Origin: an uncultured Candidatus Rokubacteria bacterium
GTDB taxonomy: Bacteria > Methylomirabilota > Methylomirabilia > Rokubacteriales > CSP1-6
Direction: 5' to 3'
NCBI GenBank assembly: GCA_963758635.1
Contig: CAVWWD010000003.1
Coordinates: 352,001-416,000 of the forward strand
Length of the DNA stretch: 64,000 bases
The translations under genes were made by a program, and so were the position numbers. This document shows, in pieces, positions 1 to 14,197 of the stretch. The notes under the pieces were generated by a model. The model was given only the letters and a program-made list of their open reading frames with translations. It was not told where the DNA came from and did no database searches. How positions within the stretch are numbered: position 1 is the first letter of the stretch; each line of letters begins with the position of its first letter.

Positions 1-3000
1 TTCAAGCCGGAGCGCGACGGCCTCTTCTGCGCCCGCATCTTCGGGCCCACCAAGGACTACGAGTGCGCGTGCGGCAAGTACAAGCGCATGAAGTTCGCCG
101 GCGTGGTGTGCGACAAGTGCGGGGTCGAGGTCCGGCGGGCGCGGGTGCGCCGCGAGCGCATGGGCCACATCGAGCTCGCGTCCCCGGTGTCCCACGTGTG
201 GTTCTTCAAGGGCCTGCCCTCGCGCATCGGGCAGCTCCTCGACATGTCGCTCCGTGAGCTGGAGAAGATCCTCTACTTCGAGGAGTACGTGATCATCGAG
301 CCGGGCAAGGTGCCCGGCATGAAGAAGAAGGACCTCCTGCCCGTGGACCGCATGCGCAAGCTCCAGGAGGAGCACGGTCACGACTCCTTCCGGGTGGGGA
401 TGGGCGCCGAGGCCATCCGCGAGCTGCTCCGCGACATGGACCTGGACACCCTCGCCCGCGAGCTGCGCACGCAGATGGGCGTGGAGACCTCCGCGCAGAA
501 GCGGAAGAAGATCGTCAAGCGCCTGAAGGTCATGGAGGCGTTCCTCAAGTCCGGCAACCAGCCCGAGTGGATGATCCTCGAGGTGCTGCCGGTCATCCCG
601 CCGGAGCTGCGGCCGCTCGTGCCGCTGGACGGCGGCCGGTTCGCCACCTCCGACCTGAACGATCTCTACCGGCGCGTGATCAACCGCAACAACCGGCTGA
701 AGCGGCTCATCGAGCTGCGCGCTCCCGAGATCATCATCCGGAACGAGAAGCGGATGCTCCAGGAGGCGGTCGACGCCCTCTTCGACAACGGCCGCCGCGG
801 GCGCGTCATCACCGGCCCCAACAACCGGCCCCTCAAGTCGCTGTCCGACACCCTCAAGGGCAAGCAGGGGCGGTTCCGTCAGAACCTCCTCGGCAAGCGC
901 GTGGACTACTCGGGCCGGTCCGTCATCGTGGTGGGCCCGTACCTGAAGCTCCACCAGTGCGGCCTGCCCAAGAAGATGGCCGTCGAGCTCTTCAAGCCCT
1001 TCATCCTCCGCAAGCTGGAGGAGCGCGGGCTCGCCTCGTCGATCAAGGCGGCGAAGAAGTTCGTGGAGAAGGAGCGCCCCGAGGTGTGGGACATCCTCGA
1101 GGAGGTCATCAAGGAGCACCCGATCCTCCTCAACCGCGCCCCCACGCTCCACCGGCTCGGCATCCAGGCCTTCGAGCCCCTGCTCGTGGAGGGCAAGGCC
1201 ATCGAGATCCACCCGCTCGTCTGCACCGCGTTCAACGCGGACTTCGACGGCGACCAGATGGCCGTGCACATCCCGCTCTCCATGGAAGCCCAGATGGAGG
1301 CGCAGGTGCTGATGCTGGCGTCGAACAACATCCTGTCGCCCTCCAACGGGGCGCCGGTGGCCATCCCCAGCCAGGACATGGTGTTCGGCATCTACTACCT
1401 CACCAAGGAGCGCCCGGGCGCCCTCGGGAGCGGCCGGCTGTTCGCCGACCCCGAAGAGGTGCGGATCGCCTACGACAACGAGAACGTGGACCTGCAGGCG
1501 CCGATCCGTCTGCGGTGGCGCGGCGGCATCATCGACACCACCGTCGGCCGCACCCTGCTCAACGACGTGGTGCCGGAGCCGCTCCGGTTCGTGAACCGCG
1601 AGCTCAAGAAGAAGGAGATCGGCGTCCTCATCGGCGACTGCTACAACCGCCTCGGCAACGAGGTGACGGTGGCCTTCCTCGACGAGCTGAAGGACATCGG
1701 GTTCCGCTACGCCACCCTGTCCGGCCTGTCCATCGGCATCGGCGACATGCTCGCGCCGTCGTCCAAGGGCCGGCTCATCGAGGACGCCCGGCGGAACGTC
1801 GCCGAGGTCGAGCAGCAGTACCAGGACGGCGTCATCACCAACGGCGAGCGCTACAACAAGGTCGTGGACATCTGGGCCCACGTGACCGAGCAGATCGCCG
1901 AGGAGCTGTTCAAGGAGATGGAGGTGCGGGCGGAGGGCGGGGAGTTCAACCCCATCTACATGATGGCGGACTCCGGCGCCCGGGGCTCCAAGCAGCAGAT
2001 CCGCCAGCTCGCGGGGATGCGCGGCCTCATGGCCAAGCCGTCGGGCGAGGTCATCGAGACGCCGATCACGTCGAACTTCCGCGAGGGCCTCACCGTGCTG
2101 GAGTACTTCACGTCCACCCACGGCGCCCGCAAGGGCCTCGCCGACACCGCGCTGAAGACGGCCGACTCCGGCTACCTCACGCGCCGGCTCGTCGACGTGT
2201 CCCAGGACGTGATCGTGTCGGAGTTCGACTGCGGCACCGTGAAGTACATCGACGCCGCGCCGCTGTTCGAGGGCGGCGACATCATCCAGTCGCTCCGTGA
2301 CCGCGTGCTCGGGCGCGTGGCCGCGGAGGACGTGCGCGATCCGCTGACCGGCGAGATCATCGTGCAGGTCAACACCGAGATCATCGAGGAGCTCGCGCAG
2401 AAGATCGAGGACTCGGGCCTCGAGCGCGTGCGCATCCGCTCCGCCCTCACCTGCGAGACGAAGCGGGGCATCTGCGTGATGTGCTACGGCCGGAACCTCG
2501 GCACCGGGCACCTCGCCGAGCTCGGCGAGGCGGTGGGCATCATCGCCGCCCAGTCCATCGGCGAGCCGGGCACCCAGCTCACCATGCGGACGTTCCACAT
2601 CGGCGGCACGGCGAGCGGCGTGGCCGCGGCGTCCGAGCACTACGCCAAGAACGCCGGCATCGTGAAGTACCACAACATCCGGACCGTCGAGGACCGGAAC
2701 GCCGACATCGTCGTGCTCAACCGGAACGGCGAGATCCACGTGGTCGACGACCGGGGCCGGGAGAAGGAGCGGTACGCCGTCATCACCGGCGCCAAGATCA
2801 AGGTGAAGGACGCGAGCCGGGTCAAGCCGGGACAGCTCCTCGTGCAGTGGGACCGGTTCAACACGCCGATCCTCACCGAGGTCAGCGGCACCATCGTGCT
2901 GCGCGACATCGTGGACGACGTGACGATCCGCGAGGTCATCGACGAGGTCACCGGCCTCGCGCAGCGCGTCATCATCGAGGACCAGGAAGGCCGGCTCCAG

Positions 3001-3991
3001 CCCCGCGTCTCCGTGAAGGCGCCGGGCACCGGGCGACGGCGGGGACACCGACGCCCTCGGCGAGACCCGGGGGCGGTACATGCTGCCGGTGGGCGCCCAC
3101 CTCCTCGTGGGGGACGGGCAGGAGGTGTTCCAGGGCGACACCATCGCGAAGATCCCGCGCGAGTCGACGAAGACCAAGGACATCACGGGCGGCCTCCCGC
3201 GCGTGGCCGAGCTGTTCGAGGCGCGCAAGCCGAAGGACCAGGCGGTCATCACCGAGATCGACGGGGCGGTGGAGTTCGCGGGGTTCGTCAAGGGCATGCG
3301 CAAGATCGTGATCCGCGCCACCGACGGCGAGACCCGCGAGTACCTGATCCCGCGCGGCAAGCACATCGCCGTGCACGAGGGCGACCGGGTCAAGGCGGGC
3401 GAGGCGCTCATGGACGGGTCGCCGAACCCCCACGACTACCTGGCCGTCCTCGGCGACCGCGAGCTGCAGCGCTACCTCGTGAACGAGGTGCAGGAGGTGT
3501 ACCGGCTGCAGGGCGTGACCATCAACGACAAGCACATCGAGATCATCGTGCGCCAGATGCTCCGGCGCGTGCGGATCGAGGAGGTCGGGGACACCGACTT
3601 CGTGGTGGGCGAGCTCGTCGACCGGTTCGCCTTCCAGGAGGAGAACGACCGCGTGGTCGGCGCGGGCAAGCGGCCGTCCACGGCCAAGCCCGTGCTCCTC
3701 GGCATCACCAAGGCGTCGCTGTCCACCGACAGCTTCATCTCGGCGGCGTCCTTCCAGGAGACCACGCGCGTGCTCACCGAGGCCGCCATCAGCGGCAAGG
3801 TAGACGACCTCCGCGGCCTCAAGGAGAACGTGATCGTGGGACGGCTCATCCCCGCCGGCACCGGCCTCGGCCACTACACCAGGGCCGAGGTGCTGAGCCA
3901 GGGCGGCGAAGAGACGGTGGCGGTGGTCGAGCCGCCCGAGGAGCCGGTGGTAGAGTCCGAGGACGGCGAGGAGATGGCCCAGGCGGGATGA
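1..3991 (+). CDS. rpoC: RNA polymerase beta' subunit (5'-truncated; apparent frameshift near 3030-3080)
   Basis: [35 protein letters not shown]; the C-terminal part ([34 protein letters not shown]) is in ORF 3080-3991. Confidence 0.98.
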
Positions 3992-4020
3992 CCGGGGTCC
4001 CTGTCAAGGGCCGTAACTCC

Positions 4021-4049
4021 TTGACAGGGAGACCCTATTCGGCTATAAA
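4021..4049 (+). promoter_or_regulatory. sigma70-type promoter of the str operon
   Basis: TTGACA (4021-4026), 17-bp spacer, TATAAA (4044-4049) upstream of rpsL. Confidence 0.85.
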
Positions 4050-4086
4050 GTTAGAGTTTTGGCTTTATTGACGGCAATGGAGAGCC

Positions 4087-4470
4087 ATGCCCACGATTAA
4101 CCAGCTCGTCCGGAAGGGCCGCGAGGCCCTCCCGAAGAAGTCGAAGACACCTGCGATGGAGGCCTGCCCGCAGAAGCGGGGGGTCTGCATCCGGGTCTAC
4201 ACGACCACGCCGAAGAAGCCCAACTCGGCGCTGCGCAAGGTCGCCCGCGTCCGTCTGACCAACGGGCTCGAGGTGACCTCCTACATCCCCGGGGTGGGGC
4301 ACAACCTGCAGGAGCACTCGATCGTCCTCATCCGGGGCGGCCGCGTGAAGGACCTGCCCGGCATCCGCTACCACATCATCCGCGGCTCGCTGGACACCGC
4401 GGGGGTCGCGGGACGCAAGCAGAGCCGGTCGAAGTACGGGGCGAAGCAGCCGAAGGGCGGCGGAGGCTAG
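4087..4470 (+). CDS. rpsL: 30S ribosomal protein S12
   Basis: [32 protein letters not shown]. Confidence 0.99.
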   Translation: MPTINQLVRKGREALPKKSKTPAMEACPQKRGVCIRVYTTTPKKPNSALRKVARVRLTNGLEVTSYIPGVGHNLQEHSIVLIRGGRVKDLPGIRYHIIRGSLDTAGVAGRKQSRSKYGAKQPKGGGG

Positions 4471-4473
4471 CCG

Positions 4474-4941
4474 ATGCGGAGAGCGGGAGCGACACGGCGC
4501 GAGGTCCTGCCGGATCCGAAGTACGGGAGCAAGCTCGTGGCGAAGTTCGTGAACATGATGATGATCGGCGGCAAGAAGAGCACGGCCGAGCACATCATGT
4601 ACTCCGCCCTCGGCAGCGTCGAGGACCGGGCCAAGCAGGACGCGCTCAAGATGTTCAAGGCCGCCGTGGACAACTGCAAGCCCGCCGTCGAGGTGAAGTC
4701 GCGTCGCGTGGGCGGCTCGACGTATCAGGTGCCGGTGGAAGTCCGGCCCGACCGCCGCGTGGCCCTCAGCATGCGGTGGCTGATCGGCTCGGCGCGCCGG
4801 CGCGCCGAGCGGAGCATGGCCGAGAAGCTGGCCGGCGAGCTGCTCGACGCCGCGAACAATCGGGGCTCCGCCGTGAAGAAGCGCGAAGACACTCACAAGA
4901 TGGCGGAGGCCAACAAGGCGTTCGCGCATTACCGCTGGTAG
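4474..4941 (+). CDS. rpsG: 30S ribosomal protein S7
   Basis: [30 protein letters not shown]. Confidence 0.99.
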   Translation: MRRAGATRREVLPDPKYGSKLVAKFVNMMMIGGKKSTAEHIMYSALGSVEDRAKQDALKMFKAAVDNCKPAVEVKSRRVGGSTYQVPVEVRPDRRVALSMRWLIGSARRRAERSMAEKLAGELLDAANNRGSAVKKREDTHKMAEANKAFAHYRW

Positions 4942-4952
4942 CAGCCGAGACA

Positions 4953-4991
4953 AGAAGAGGGGGGCCGAGGGCTCGACCCCCCTCTTCTCTT
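4953..4991 (+). terminator. stem-loop between rpsG and fusA (terminator or attenuator-like)
   Basis: AGAAGAGGGGGG / CCCCCCTCTTCT 12-bp stem followed by a short pyrimidine tract. Confidence 0.55.
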
Positions 4992-5029
4992 GAGTCGCGC
5001 CGTCCAGCATACGAAGGGAAGGGCGTCCC

Positions 5030-7131
<2,102 letters not shown>

Positions 7132-7135
<4 letters not shown>

Positions 7136-7218
7136 TGAGCCCCGCGCATCAGACTAACGCCGCAAAGGTGGGATTGTAGGGGCCCGTGACGGTTACCGTG
7201 TTCTGCGAGACTCACTAG
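7132..7218. repeat. ~80-bp MITE/REP-like element, family B copy 1
   Basis: Imperfect terminal inverted repeats CTAGTGAG...CTCACTAG; similar to 14116-14195 and to the reverse complement of 16761-16840. Confidence 0.75.
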
Positions 7219-7273
7219 GGCGCCCTTCCGGGAACCCAGCATCACCGCGCTCCCCACGGCTTAGGAGAGGGAC

Positions 7274-8470
7274 ATGGCCAAGGCGAAGTTCGATCGGACG
7301 AAGCCGCACGTGAACATAGGGACGATTGGGCACATCGATCACGGGAAGACGACGTTGACGAGTGCGATTACGAAGGTGCTGCACACGAAGTACAGCGGGG
7401 TGGCGGTGCGGGACTTTGGGACGATCGACAACGCGCCGGAAGAGCGGGAGCGGGGGATCACGATCGCGGTGTCGCACGTGGAGTACGAGACGGGGAACCG
7501 GCACTACGCGCACATCGACTGTCCGGGGCACGCGGACTACATCAAGAACATGATCACGGGGGCGGCGCAGATGGACGGGGCGATCCTCGTGGTGGCGGCG
7601 AACGATGGGCCGATGCCGCAGACGCGGGAGCACGTGTTGCTGGCGCGGCAGGTGAATGTGCCGAGCCTGGTGGTGTTCATGAACAAGGTGGACATGGTGG
7701 ATGATCCGGAGATTTTGGACCTGGTGGAGCTGGAGGTGCGGGAGTTGCTGAAGAAGTACCAGTTCCCGGGGGACGACATTCCGGTGGTGCGGGGCAGCGC
7801 GCTGGGGGCGATGGAGAAGCCGGAGGACGCGACGGCGTCGAAGTGCATCTGGGAGCTGATGGAGGCGGTGGACAGCTACATTCCGACGCCGCCGCGGCCG
7901 GTGGACAAGCCGTTTTTGATGCCGATCGAGGACATATTCACGATCACGGGGCGGGGGACGGTGGTGACGGGGCGGGTGGAGCGGGGGATCGTGAAGGTGG
8001 GGGAAGAGATCGAGATCGTGGGGATGCAGGAGGCGACGCGGAAGTCGGTGGTGACGGGGGTGGAGATGTTCCGGAAGCTGCTGGACGAGGGGCGGGCGGG
8101 GGACAACATCGGGGCGTTGTTGCGGGGGGTGGACAAGGACGAGGTGGAGCGGGGGCAGGTGCTGGCGAAGCCGGGGTCGATCAAGCCGCACAAGAAGTTC
8201 AAGGCGGAGGTGTACGTGCTGGGGAAGGACGAGGGGGGGCGGCACACGCCGTTTTTCAACGGGTACCGGCCGCAGTTCTACTTTCGGACGACGGACGTGA
8301 CGGGGGTGTGCACGCTGCCGAGTGGGGTGGAGATGGTGATGCCGGGGGACAACGTGACGATGGCGATCGAGCTGATCCAGCCGATCGCGATGGAGAAGGA
8401 GCTGCGGTTCGCGATCCGGGAGGGGGGACGGACGGTGGGAGCGGGCGTCGTGGCGGAGATCGCGGAGTAG
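7274..8470 (+). CDS. tuf: elongation factor Tu
   Basis: [37 protein letters not shown]. Confidence 0.99.
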   Translation: MAKAKFDRTKPHVNIGTIGHIDHGKTTLTSAITKVLHTKYSGVAVRDFGTIDNAPEERERGITIAVSHVEYETGNRHYAHIDCPGHADYIKNMITGAAQMDGAILVVAANDGPMPQTREHVLLARQVNVPSLVVFMNKVDMVDDPEILDLVELEVRELLKKYQFPGDDIPVVRGSALGAMEKPEDATASKCIWELMEAVDSYIPTPPRPVDKPFLMPIEDIFTITGRGTVVTGRVERGIVKVGEEIEIVGMQEATRKSVVTGVEMFRKLLDEGRAGDNIGALLRGVDKDEVERGQVLAKPGSIKPHKKFKAEVYVLGKDEGGRHTPFFNGYRPQFYFRTTDVTGVCTLPSGVEMVMPGDNVTMAIELIQPIAMEKELRFAIREGGRTVGAGVVAEIAE

Positions 8471-8474
8471 CCTC

Positions 8475-8795
8475 ATGGCCACCCTGTCCGCCGATCAGAA
8501 GATCCGGATCCGCCTCAAGGCGTACGACCATCACCTGCTCGACCGGTCGATGAAGGAGATCGTCGAGACGGTGCGGCGGACCGGCGCGCGAGTCACCGGC
8601 CCCGTCCTGCTCCCGACCATGATCAACCGCTGGACGGTGCTGCGCTCCCCCCATGTGGACAAGACCTCACGCGAGCAGTTCGAGATGCGCACGCACAAGC
8701 GGCTGCTCGACATCCTCGACCCCACGCCGCAGACCGTGGACGCGCTGATGAAGCTCGAGCTCCCCAGCGGCGTAGACGTTGAGATCAAGCTGTGA
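8475..8795 (+). CDS. rpsJ: 30S ribosomal protein S10
   Basis: [23 protein letters not shown]. Confidence 0.99.
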   Translation: MATLSADQKIRIRLKAYDHHLLDRSMKEIVETVRRTGARVTGPVLLPTMINRWTVLRSPHVDKTSREQFEMRTHKRLLDILDPTPQTVDALMKLELPSGVDVEIKL

Positions 8796-8918
8796 GCGTG
8801 CCGATGACGGCCCATCTGCGGCGTTGCCGGCGGGCTCCTCCCTGCGGCGTACCAGAGCGTACGTCTCGGTCGTCGCCGCTCCGGCGCCTTGCATCTGGGC
8901 CATCCTCGACTCGCTCAC
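8792..8918. repeat. REP/MITE-like long hairpin insert between rpsJ and rplC
   Basis: Ends 8792-8819 and 8891-8918 are inverted repeats (22/28 by eye); internal GCGTAC/CGTACG motifs. Confidence 0.6.
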
Positions 8919-8942
8919 CACGTAGACGAGGCTCCTGACGCC

Positions 8943-9623
8943 ATGGCGATGAAGGAAGGGCTGATCGGACGGAAGGTGGGCATGACCCAGGTCTTCGGGG
9001 AGGACGGCAACCTCATCCCCGTGACCGTGGTGCAGCTCGGCCCGTGCACCGTCGTGGGCATCCGCAGCACGGCCTCCCACGGCTACGACGCGCTCCAGCT
9101 CGGCTTCGAGCCGCGCCGGAAGAACGTGACCAAGCCGATGGCCGGCGTGTACAAGAAGGCGGGCATCGAGCGGCCCATGCGCATCATGCGCGAGGTCCGC
9201 CTCCAGAAGACCGAGAGCCTCGCCCCCTACCAGGCCGGACAGGTCCTCACCGCCGAGATATTCGCGCCGGGCGAGTACGTGGACGTGGTGGGTGTGACCA
9301 AGGGCCAGGGCTTCCAGGGCGGCGTCAAGCGCCACGGCTGGTCCGGCGGCGACGCCACCCACGGATCGATGTTCCACCGGGCGCCCGGCTCGATCGGCGC
9401 CTCCTCGGACCCCTCGCGCGTGTGGCCGGGCCACAAGCTGCCCGGGCGCATGGGCCACGTGCGGCGCACCGTGCTCAACCTCGTGGTGGTGCGCGTGATG
9501 CCCGAGCAGAACCTCATTCTCCTTCGCGGCGCCGTCCCCGGCGCGCGCGGGGGCGTCGTGATGGTGAGGAAGAGCGTGAAGCAGACCAAGGCGCAGCAGC
9601 AGAAGGCGCAGGGGGCGAAGTAG
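8943..9623 (+). CDS. rplC: 50S ribosomal protein L3
   Basis: [31 protein letters not shown]. Confidence 0.98.
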   Translation: MAMKEGLIGRKVGMTQVFGEDGNLIPVTVVQLGPCTVVGIRSTASHGYDALQLGFEPRRKNVTKPMAGVYKKAGIERPMRIMREVRLQKTESLAPYQAGQVLTAEIFAPGEYVDVVGVTKGQGFQGGVKRHGWSGGDATHGSMFHRAPGSIGASSDPSRVWPGHKLPGRMGHVRRTVLNLVVVRVMPEQNLILLRGAVPGARGGVVMVRKSVKQTKAQQQKAQGAK

Positions 9624-9626
9624 GCC

Positions 9627-10256
9627 ATGCCGAGCGTCCCCGTTCTCGACGACAGCGGCAAGACCAGCGGCACCCTCGAGCTCTCCGACGAGGTGTTCGG
9701 AGGGCCCGTCCACGGCCCGGTGCTCCACCAGGGCGTCGTGCGCGAGCTGGCCGACCGGCGCACGGGCACCCACGACACCAAGGGCCGCAGCGAGGTGTCG
9801 GGCGGCGGCAGGAAGCCGTGGCGGCAGAAGGGCACCGGCCGCGCGCGCCAGGGCTCGATCCGGGCACCGAACTGGAAGGGGGGCGGCAAGGTGTTCGGAC
9901 CCACCCCGCGCTCGTACGACAAGAAGATGCCCACGGAGATGCGGCGCGTCGCCCTCCGCTCGGCCTACGCGGCCAAGGTGGCGGCGGGCGAGGTGGTGGT
10001 GGTGGACCGGCTGGGCGTGGCGGAGCCGAAGACCCGCGCGCTGACGGCGCGGCTGCGCGCCCTCGGCGTGGCCGGCGTCCCGACCCTGCTCGTCCTCGCC
10101 GAGCGGAGCGACGCCGTCGAGCGCGCCGCCCGCAACGTCCCGTGGCTCTCCGTCGAGACGCCGCTCCACGCGTCCGCGTACCAGGTGGTGCGCAACGAGC
10201 GCGTGGTCATGGAGCGCGAGGCGGTGCGGCTCGTCCAGGAGGCGCTGGCCCCATGA
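9627..10256 (+). CDS. rplD: 50S ribosomal protein L4
   Basis: [21 protein letters not shown]. Confidence 0.98.
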   Translation: MPSVPVLDDSGKTSGTLELSDEVFGGPVHGPVLHQGVVRELADRRTGTHDTKGRSEVSGGGRKPWRQKGTGRARQGSIRAPNWKGGGKVFGPTPRSYDKKMPTEMRRVALRSAYAAKVAAGEVVVVDRLGVAEPKTRALTARLRALGVAGVPTLLVLAERSDAVERAARNVPWLSVETPLHASAYQVVRNERVVMEREAVRLVQEALAP

Positions 10257-10543
10257 GAGATCCCCGCTCGGTCCTCATCCGTCCCCTGATGACGGAGAAG
10301 AGCATGCAGCAGAAGGACGACCTCAACGCCATCGCGTTCCAGGTGCCGGTAGACGCCAACAAGGTCGAGATCCGCCAGGCGGTGGAGAAGGTCTTCAGCG
10401 TCAAGGTCACGGACGTGCGCACGGCCAAGCGCCTGGGCAAGTGGAAGCGCATGGGCCGGTTCGAGGGGCGCCGTCCGGCGTGGAAGAAGGCGATCGTCAC
10501 GCTCGCACCCGGCCACAAGATCGAGCTCGTCGAGGGGGTCTGA
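10253..10543 (+). CDS. rplW: 50S ribosomal protein L23
   Basis: [30 protein letters not shown]. Confidence 0.97.
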   Translation: MRDPRSVLIRPLMTEKSMQQKDDLNAIAFQVPVDANKVEIRQAVEKVFSVKVTDVRTAKRLGKWKRMGRFEGRRPAWKKAIVTLAPGHKIELVEGV

Positions 10544-10545
10544 CC

Positions 10546-11370
10546 ATGGGCATTCGCATCCTCAAGCCAACCTCGCCGGCGCGCCGGTACATGACGCTCC
10601 TCACCAACGAGGAGATCACGAAGAAGACGCCGGAGAAGAGCCTGCTGCGCCCCAAGAAGCGGAGCGCGGGCCGGAACTCGTACGGGCGCATCACCGTGCG
10701 TCATCGCGGCGGCGGGCACAAGCGCATGCTGCGGGACGTGGACTTCAAGCGCGACAAGACGGGCATTCCCGCGAAGGTGGCGGGGATCGAGTACGACCCG
10801 AACCGCTCGGCGCGGATCGCGCTCCTCCACTACCGCGACGGGGAGAAGCGCTACATCATCGCCCCGCACGGCCTCAAGCCGGGCGACGTGCTGATGTCGG
10901 GGCCGCAGGCCGACATCCTGCCCGGCAACGCGCTGCCCCTCCGGAACATCCCGCTCGGCACGCTCGTGCACAACGTGGAGCTGCAGCCCGGCAAGGGCGG
11001 GCAGATGTGCCGGAGCGCGGGAACGCTCGCGCAGCTCCTCGCCAAGGAAGGGGACATGGCCGACCTCAAGCTGCCCTCGGGCGAGGTGCGGCGGGTCCGC
11101 CTGGACTGCATGGCCACGGTGGGCCAGGTCGGAAACCTCGACCACGAGAACATCTCGATCGGCAAGGCGGGCCGCGTGCGCTGGAAGGGCTTCCGCCCGA
11201 CCGTCCGGGGCACGGTCATGAACCCCGTCGACCACCCCATGGGCGGCGGCGAGGGCAAGGGCAAGGGGAACCATCCGATGACGCCCTGGGGCAAGCCGAC
11301 CAAGGGCTACAAGACCCGCCGCGGCGCGCGGCCGTCGGACCGCTACATCATCACGCGCCGGACCAAGTAG
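10546..11370 (+). CDS. rplB: 50S ribosomal protein L2
   Basis: [26 protein letters not shown]. Confidence 0.99.
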   Translation: MGIRILKPTSPARRYMTLLTNEEITKKTPEKSLLRPKKRSAGRNSYGRITVRHRGGGHKRMLRDVDFKRDKTGIPAKVAGIEYDPNRSARIALLHYRDGEKRYIIAPHGLKPGDVLMSGPQADILPGNALPLRNIPLGTLVHNVELQPGKGGQMCRSAGTLAQLLAKEGDMADLKLPSGEVRRVRLDCMATVGQVGNLDHENISIGKAGRVRWKGFRPTVRGTVMNPVDHPMGGGEGKGKGNHPMTPWGKPTKGYKTRRGARPSDRYIITRRTK

Positions 11371-11383
11371 GAGAGCGACAGCC

Positions 11384-11677
11384 ATGGGACGCTCGCTGGC
11401 CAAGGGACCGTACATCGATGCGCGGCTCCTCAACCGCATCGAGGACCTCAACCGCGCCCGGCAGAAGAAGGTGCTGAAGACCTGGTCGCGCCGGTCCACG
11501 ATCGTGCCGGAGTTCGTCGGGCACACGCTCGCCGTGCACAACGGCAGGAAGTTCATCCCCGTGTACGTCACCGAGAACATGGTGGGGCACCGGCTCGGCG
11601 AGTTCGCGCTGACGCGGACCTTCAGGGTCCACGGCGCGGCCGAGAAGGCGTCGGCGTCGCCGACGGGCAAGTCGTGA
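11384..11677 (+). CDS. rpsS: 30S ribosomal protein S19
   Basis: [22 protein letters not shown]. Confidence 0.99.
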   Translation: MGRSLAKGPYIDARLLNRIEDLNRARQKKVLKTWSRRSTIVPEFVGHTLAVHNGRKFIPVYVTENMVGHRLGEFALTRTFRVHGAAEKASASPTGKS

Positions 11678-11684
11678 GCCAGCG

Positions 11685-12056
11685 ATGAGGACCCACGCCA
11701 CTGCCCGCTACATCCGCGTGCCCTCGCGCAAGGCCCAGCTCGTGCTCGCGCACATCCGCGGCAAGCCGGTGTCCGAGGCCCTCGCCACGCTCCAGTTCAC
11801 GCCGAAGGCGGCGGCGCGGCTCATCGAGAAGGTGCTGCGCTCGGCCATCGCCAACGCCGAGCACAACCACCAGGTCCGCAACCTCGACGACCTACGGGTG
11901 GTCAAGGCGGTGGCCGACGGCGGGCCGTCGCTCAAGCGGGTGTCGCCGCGGGCCATGGGTCGCGCGTTCTTCATCAAGCACCGCACGAGCCACCTCACCA
12001 TCGAGCTCAGTGACGAGACACCGACGCCGGCCCGCCGGGCCGCGGGGGCGAGGTAA
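11685..12056 (+). CDS. rplV: 50S ribosomal protein L22
   Basis: [27 protein letters not shown]. Confidence 0.98.
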   Translation: MRTHATARYIRVPSRKAQLVLAHIRGKPVSEALATLQFTPKAAARLIEKVLRSAIANAEHNHQVRNLDDLRVVKAVADGGPSLKRVSPRAMGRAFFIKHRTSHLTIELSDETPTPARRAAGAR

Positions 12057-12058
12057 GC

Positions 12059-12706
12059 ATGGGTCAGAAGACGCATCCGATCGGGTTCCGGCTCGGCTCC
12101 ACCCGGACGTGGAGCTCGCGGTGGTTCGCGACCAAGGGCTACGCGGCCCTCCTCCACGAGGACGTGAAGATCCGCAAGTTCATCAAGTCGGCGCTGTACC
12201 ACGCCGGCATCTCGCGGATCGACATCGAGCGCTCGGCCAACCGGGCGCGCATCTCGATCTTCACCGCCCGGCCTGGCATCATCATCGGCCGCAAGGGCGC
12301 CGAGGTGGAGAAGCTGAAGAACGAGATCCAGACGCGCACGGCCAAGGAGGTTCACCTCAACATCGAAGAGGTGGTGCATCCCGAGCTGGACGCGCAGCTC
12401 GTGGCCGAGAACGTGGCCCTCCAGCTCCAGAAGCGCGTGGCGTTCCGCCGGGCCATGAAGAAGGCGGTGACCTCGGCGCTGCGCTTGGGCGCCGACGGCA
12501 TCCGGATCGCGTGCGCGGGCCGGCTAGGCGGCGCCGAGATCGCGCGCCGCGAGTGGTACCGCGACGGGCGGGTGCCGCTGCACACGATCCGCGCCGACAT
12601 CGACTACGGCCTCGCCGAGGCGCATACCACGTACGGCGTCATCGGCGTGAAGGTCTGGATCTTCAAGGGCGAGGTGCTGCCCACCCAGCGGGCCGCGGAG
12701 GGCTAG
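12059..12706 (+). CDS. rpsC: 30S ribosomal protein S3
   Basis: [27 protein letters not shown]. Confidence 0.99.
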   Translation: MGQKTHPIGFRLGSTRTWSSRWFATKGYAALLHEDVKIRKFIKSALYHAGISRIDIERSANRARISIFTARPGIIIGRKGAEVEKLKNEIQTRTAKEVHLNIEEVVHPELDAQLVAENVALQLQKRVAFRRAMKKAVTSALRLGADGIRIACAGRLGGAEIARREWYRDGRVPLHTIRADIDYGLAEAHTTYGVIGVKVWIFKGEVLPTQRAAEG

Positions 12707-12711
12707 ACGCC

Positions 12712-13128
12712 ATGCTGATGCCCAAGCGCGTCAAGTACCGCAAGGCCCAGCGGGGCCGCATGAAGGGCAAGGCCCATCGCGGCTCCACCCTGTCTTTCGG
12801 CGACTTCGGGCTCAAGGCCCTCGAGCCGGGGTGGGTGACCAACCGCCAGATCGAGGCCGCGCGCGTCTCGCTCGCTCGGAGCGTCAAGCGGGGCGGGAAG
12901 ATCTTCATCCGCATCTTCCCGGACAAGCCGGTCACCAAGAAGCCCGCGGAGACGCGGATGGGCAAGGGTAAGGGCAACCCGGAGTTCTGGGTGGCGGTGG
13001 TGAAGCCCGGCCGGATCCTCTACGAGATGGAGGGCGTGGACGAGCCGACGGCGCGCGAGGGGTTCCGGCTCGCCGCGCAGAAGATCGGGATCAAGACCAA
13101 GTTCGTGTCCCGGACACGATCTCTCTGA
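12712..13128 (+). CDS. rplP: 50S ribosomal protein L16
   Basis: [20 protein letters not shown]. Confidence 0.99.
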   Translation: MLMPKRVKYRKAQRGRMKGKAHRGSTLSFGDFGLKALEPGWVTNRQIEAARVSLARSVKRGGKIFIRIFPDKPVTKKPAETRMGKGKGNPEFWVAVVKPGRILYEMEGVDEPTAREGFRLAAQKIGIKTKFVSRTRSL

Positions 13129-13138
13129 GGAGCCCCCG

Positions 13139-13348
13139 ATGAAGGCGGCGAAGTGGCGCGAGATGTCGGACGAGGACCTGGGGCAGAAGGTGCAGGAGCT
13201 CGGCGAGGAGCTGTTCAACCTGCGGTTCCAGCTCTCGATGGGTGTGGCCAAGAATCCATCGCGGGTCCAGCAGGCCAAGCGTGACCTCGCCCGGATCAAC
13301 ACGGTGCGTCGCGAGCGGCAGCTCGCCGGGGCCCGTCCGGGCGCGTGA
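13139..13348 (+). CDS. rpmC: 50S ribosomal protein L29
   Basis: ELFNLRFQ, KRDLARINTV; operon position. Confidence 0.97.
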   Translation: MKAAKWREMSDEDLGQKVQELGEELFNLRFQLSMGVAKNPSRVQQAKRDLARINTVRRERQLAGARPGA

Positions 13349-13453
13349 GGGTTTGCGAATGAAAGGCGAGACGGCTCCGCGCGTGTACGCAGAATCGCGG
13401 CGTTGGCCCGCGGGGCGCAGTCGAAATCCGCATCCCTTCACAACTTGGTGAGG
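13345..13453. repeat. ~100-bp MITE-like element, family C copy 1
   Basis: 81/97 identity by eye to 25274-25370; flanked by GTGAGG direct repeats 103 bp apart. Confidence 0.8.
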
Positions 13454-13462
13454 AGAGATCCA

Positions 13463-13711
13463 GTGGCCGAGGCGAAGACTCGAGAAGCGGTGGTGGTCAG
13501 CGACAAGATGACGAAGACGCGGGTGGTCGTCATCGAGCGGGTGTTCCGCCATCCGCGCTACGAGCGGGTGGTCACGCGGAGCAAGCGCCTCAAGGCTCAC
13601 GACGAGGCGAACACGAGCAAGGTCGGCGACCGCGTCCTCATCGAGGAGACCCGGCCCATCTCCAAGGAGAAGCGGTGGCGCATCCGCAACATCCTCACCC
13701 GGGCGTCGTGA
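13463..13711 (+). CDS. rpsQ: 30S ribosomal protein S17
   Basis: [27 protein letters not shown] start after AGGAG. Confidence 0.97.
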   Translation: MAEAKTREAVVVSDKMTKTRVVVIERVFRHPRYERVVTRSKRLKAHDEANTSKVGDRVLIEETRPISKEKRWRIRNILTRAS

Positions 13712-13745
13712 GCGGCTCGAGGCCGGGGAGCGACGGGACAGGACG

Positions 13746-14114
13746 ATGATCCAGCCGAGGACGATGCTCGACGTGGCGGACAACTCGGGGGCCAAGAAGG
13801 TCCAGTGCATCCGGGTGATGGGAGGCGCGAACCGCCGCTACGCCTCCCTGGGGGACATCGTGATCGTGGCCGTCAAGGAGGCCATCCCCGAGGGGACGGT
13901 CAAGAAGGGCGAGGTGGCCCGCGCCGTGGTCGTCCGCACCGTCAAGGAGGTGGGGCGCCGGGACGGGTCCTACATCCGCTTCGACAAGAACGCGGTGGTG
14001 CTGCTGAAGCCCGACGACAACCCCGTGGGCACCCGCATCTTCGGTCCGGTGGCCCGGGAGCTCCGCGACCGTCAGTTCACCAAGATCATCTCGCTGGCCC
14101 CCGAGGTCATCTGA
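13746..14114 (+). CDS. rplN: 50S ribosomal protein L14
   Basis: [28 protein letters not shown]. Confidence 0.99.
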   Translation: MIQPRTMLDVADNSGAKKVQCIRVMGGANRRYASLGDIVIVAVKEAIPEGTVKKGEVARAVVVRTVKEVGRRDGSYIRFDKNAVVLLKPDDNPVGTRIFGPVARELRDRQFTKIISLAPEVI

Positions 14115-14115
14115 A

Positions 14116-14195
14116 TGAGCCACGCGGATCAGACGAACGCGCAACGGTGGGCCGTCACGAGGCCTATCGTGGTCAGCGCATTCTGCGAGGGGCTC
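14116..14195. repeat. MITE/REP-like element, family B copy 2
   Basis: TGAGCCACGCGGATCAGACGAACGC...TTCTGCGAGGGGCTC, similar to 7136-7214. Confidence 0.7.
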
Positions 14196-14197
14196 TG

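Noticed and set aside
3020..3090. Split or programmed frameshift in rpoC
   Set aside because: Similar single-base shifts occur in many unrelated genes (tenA, thiL, CNNM genes, LivG-like, SDR), often at G/C runs; best explained as long-read indel errors
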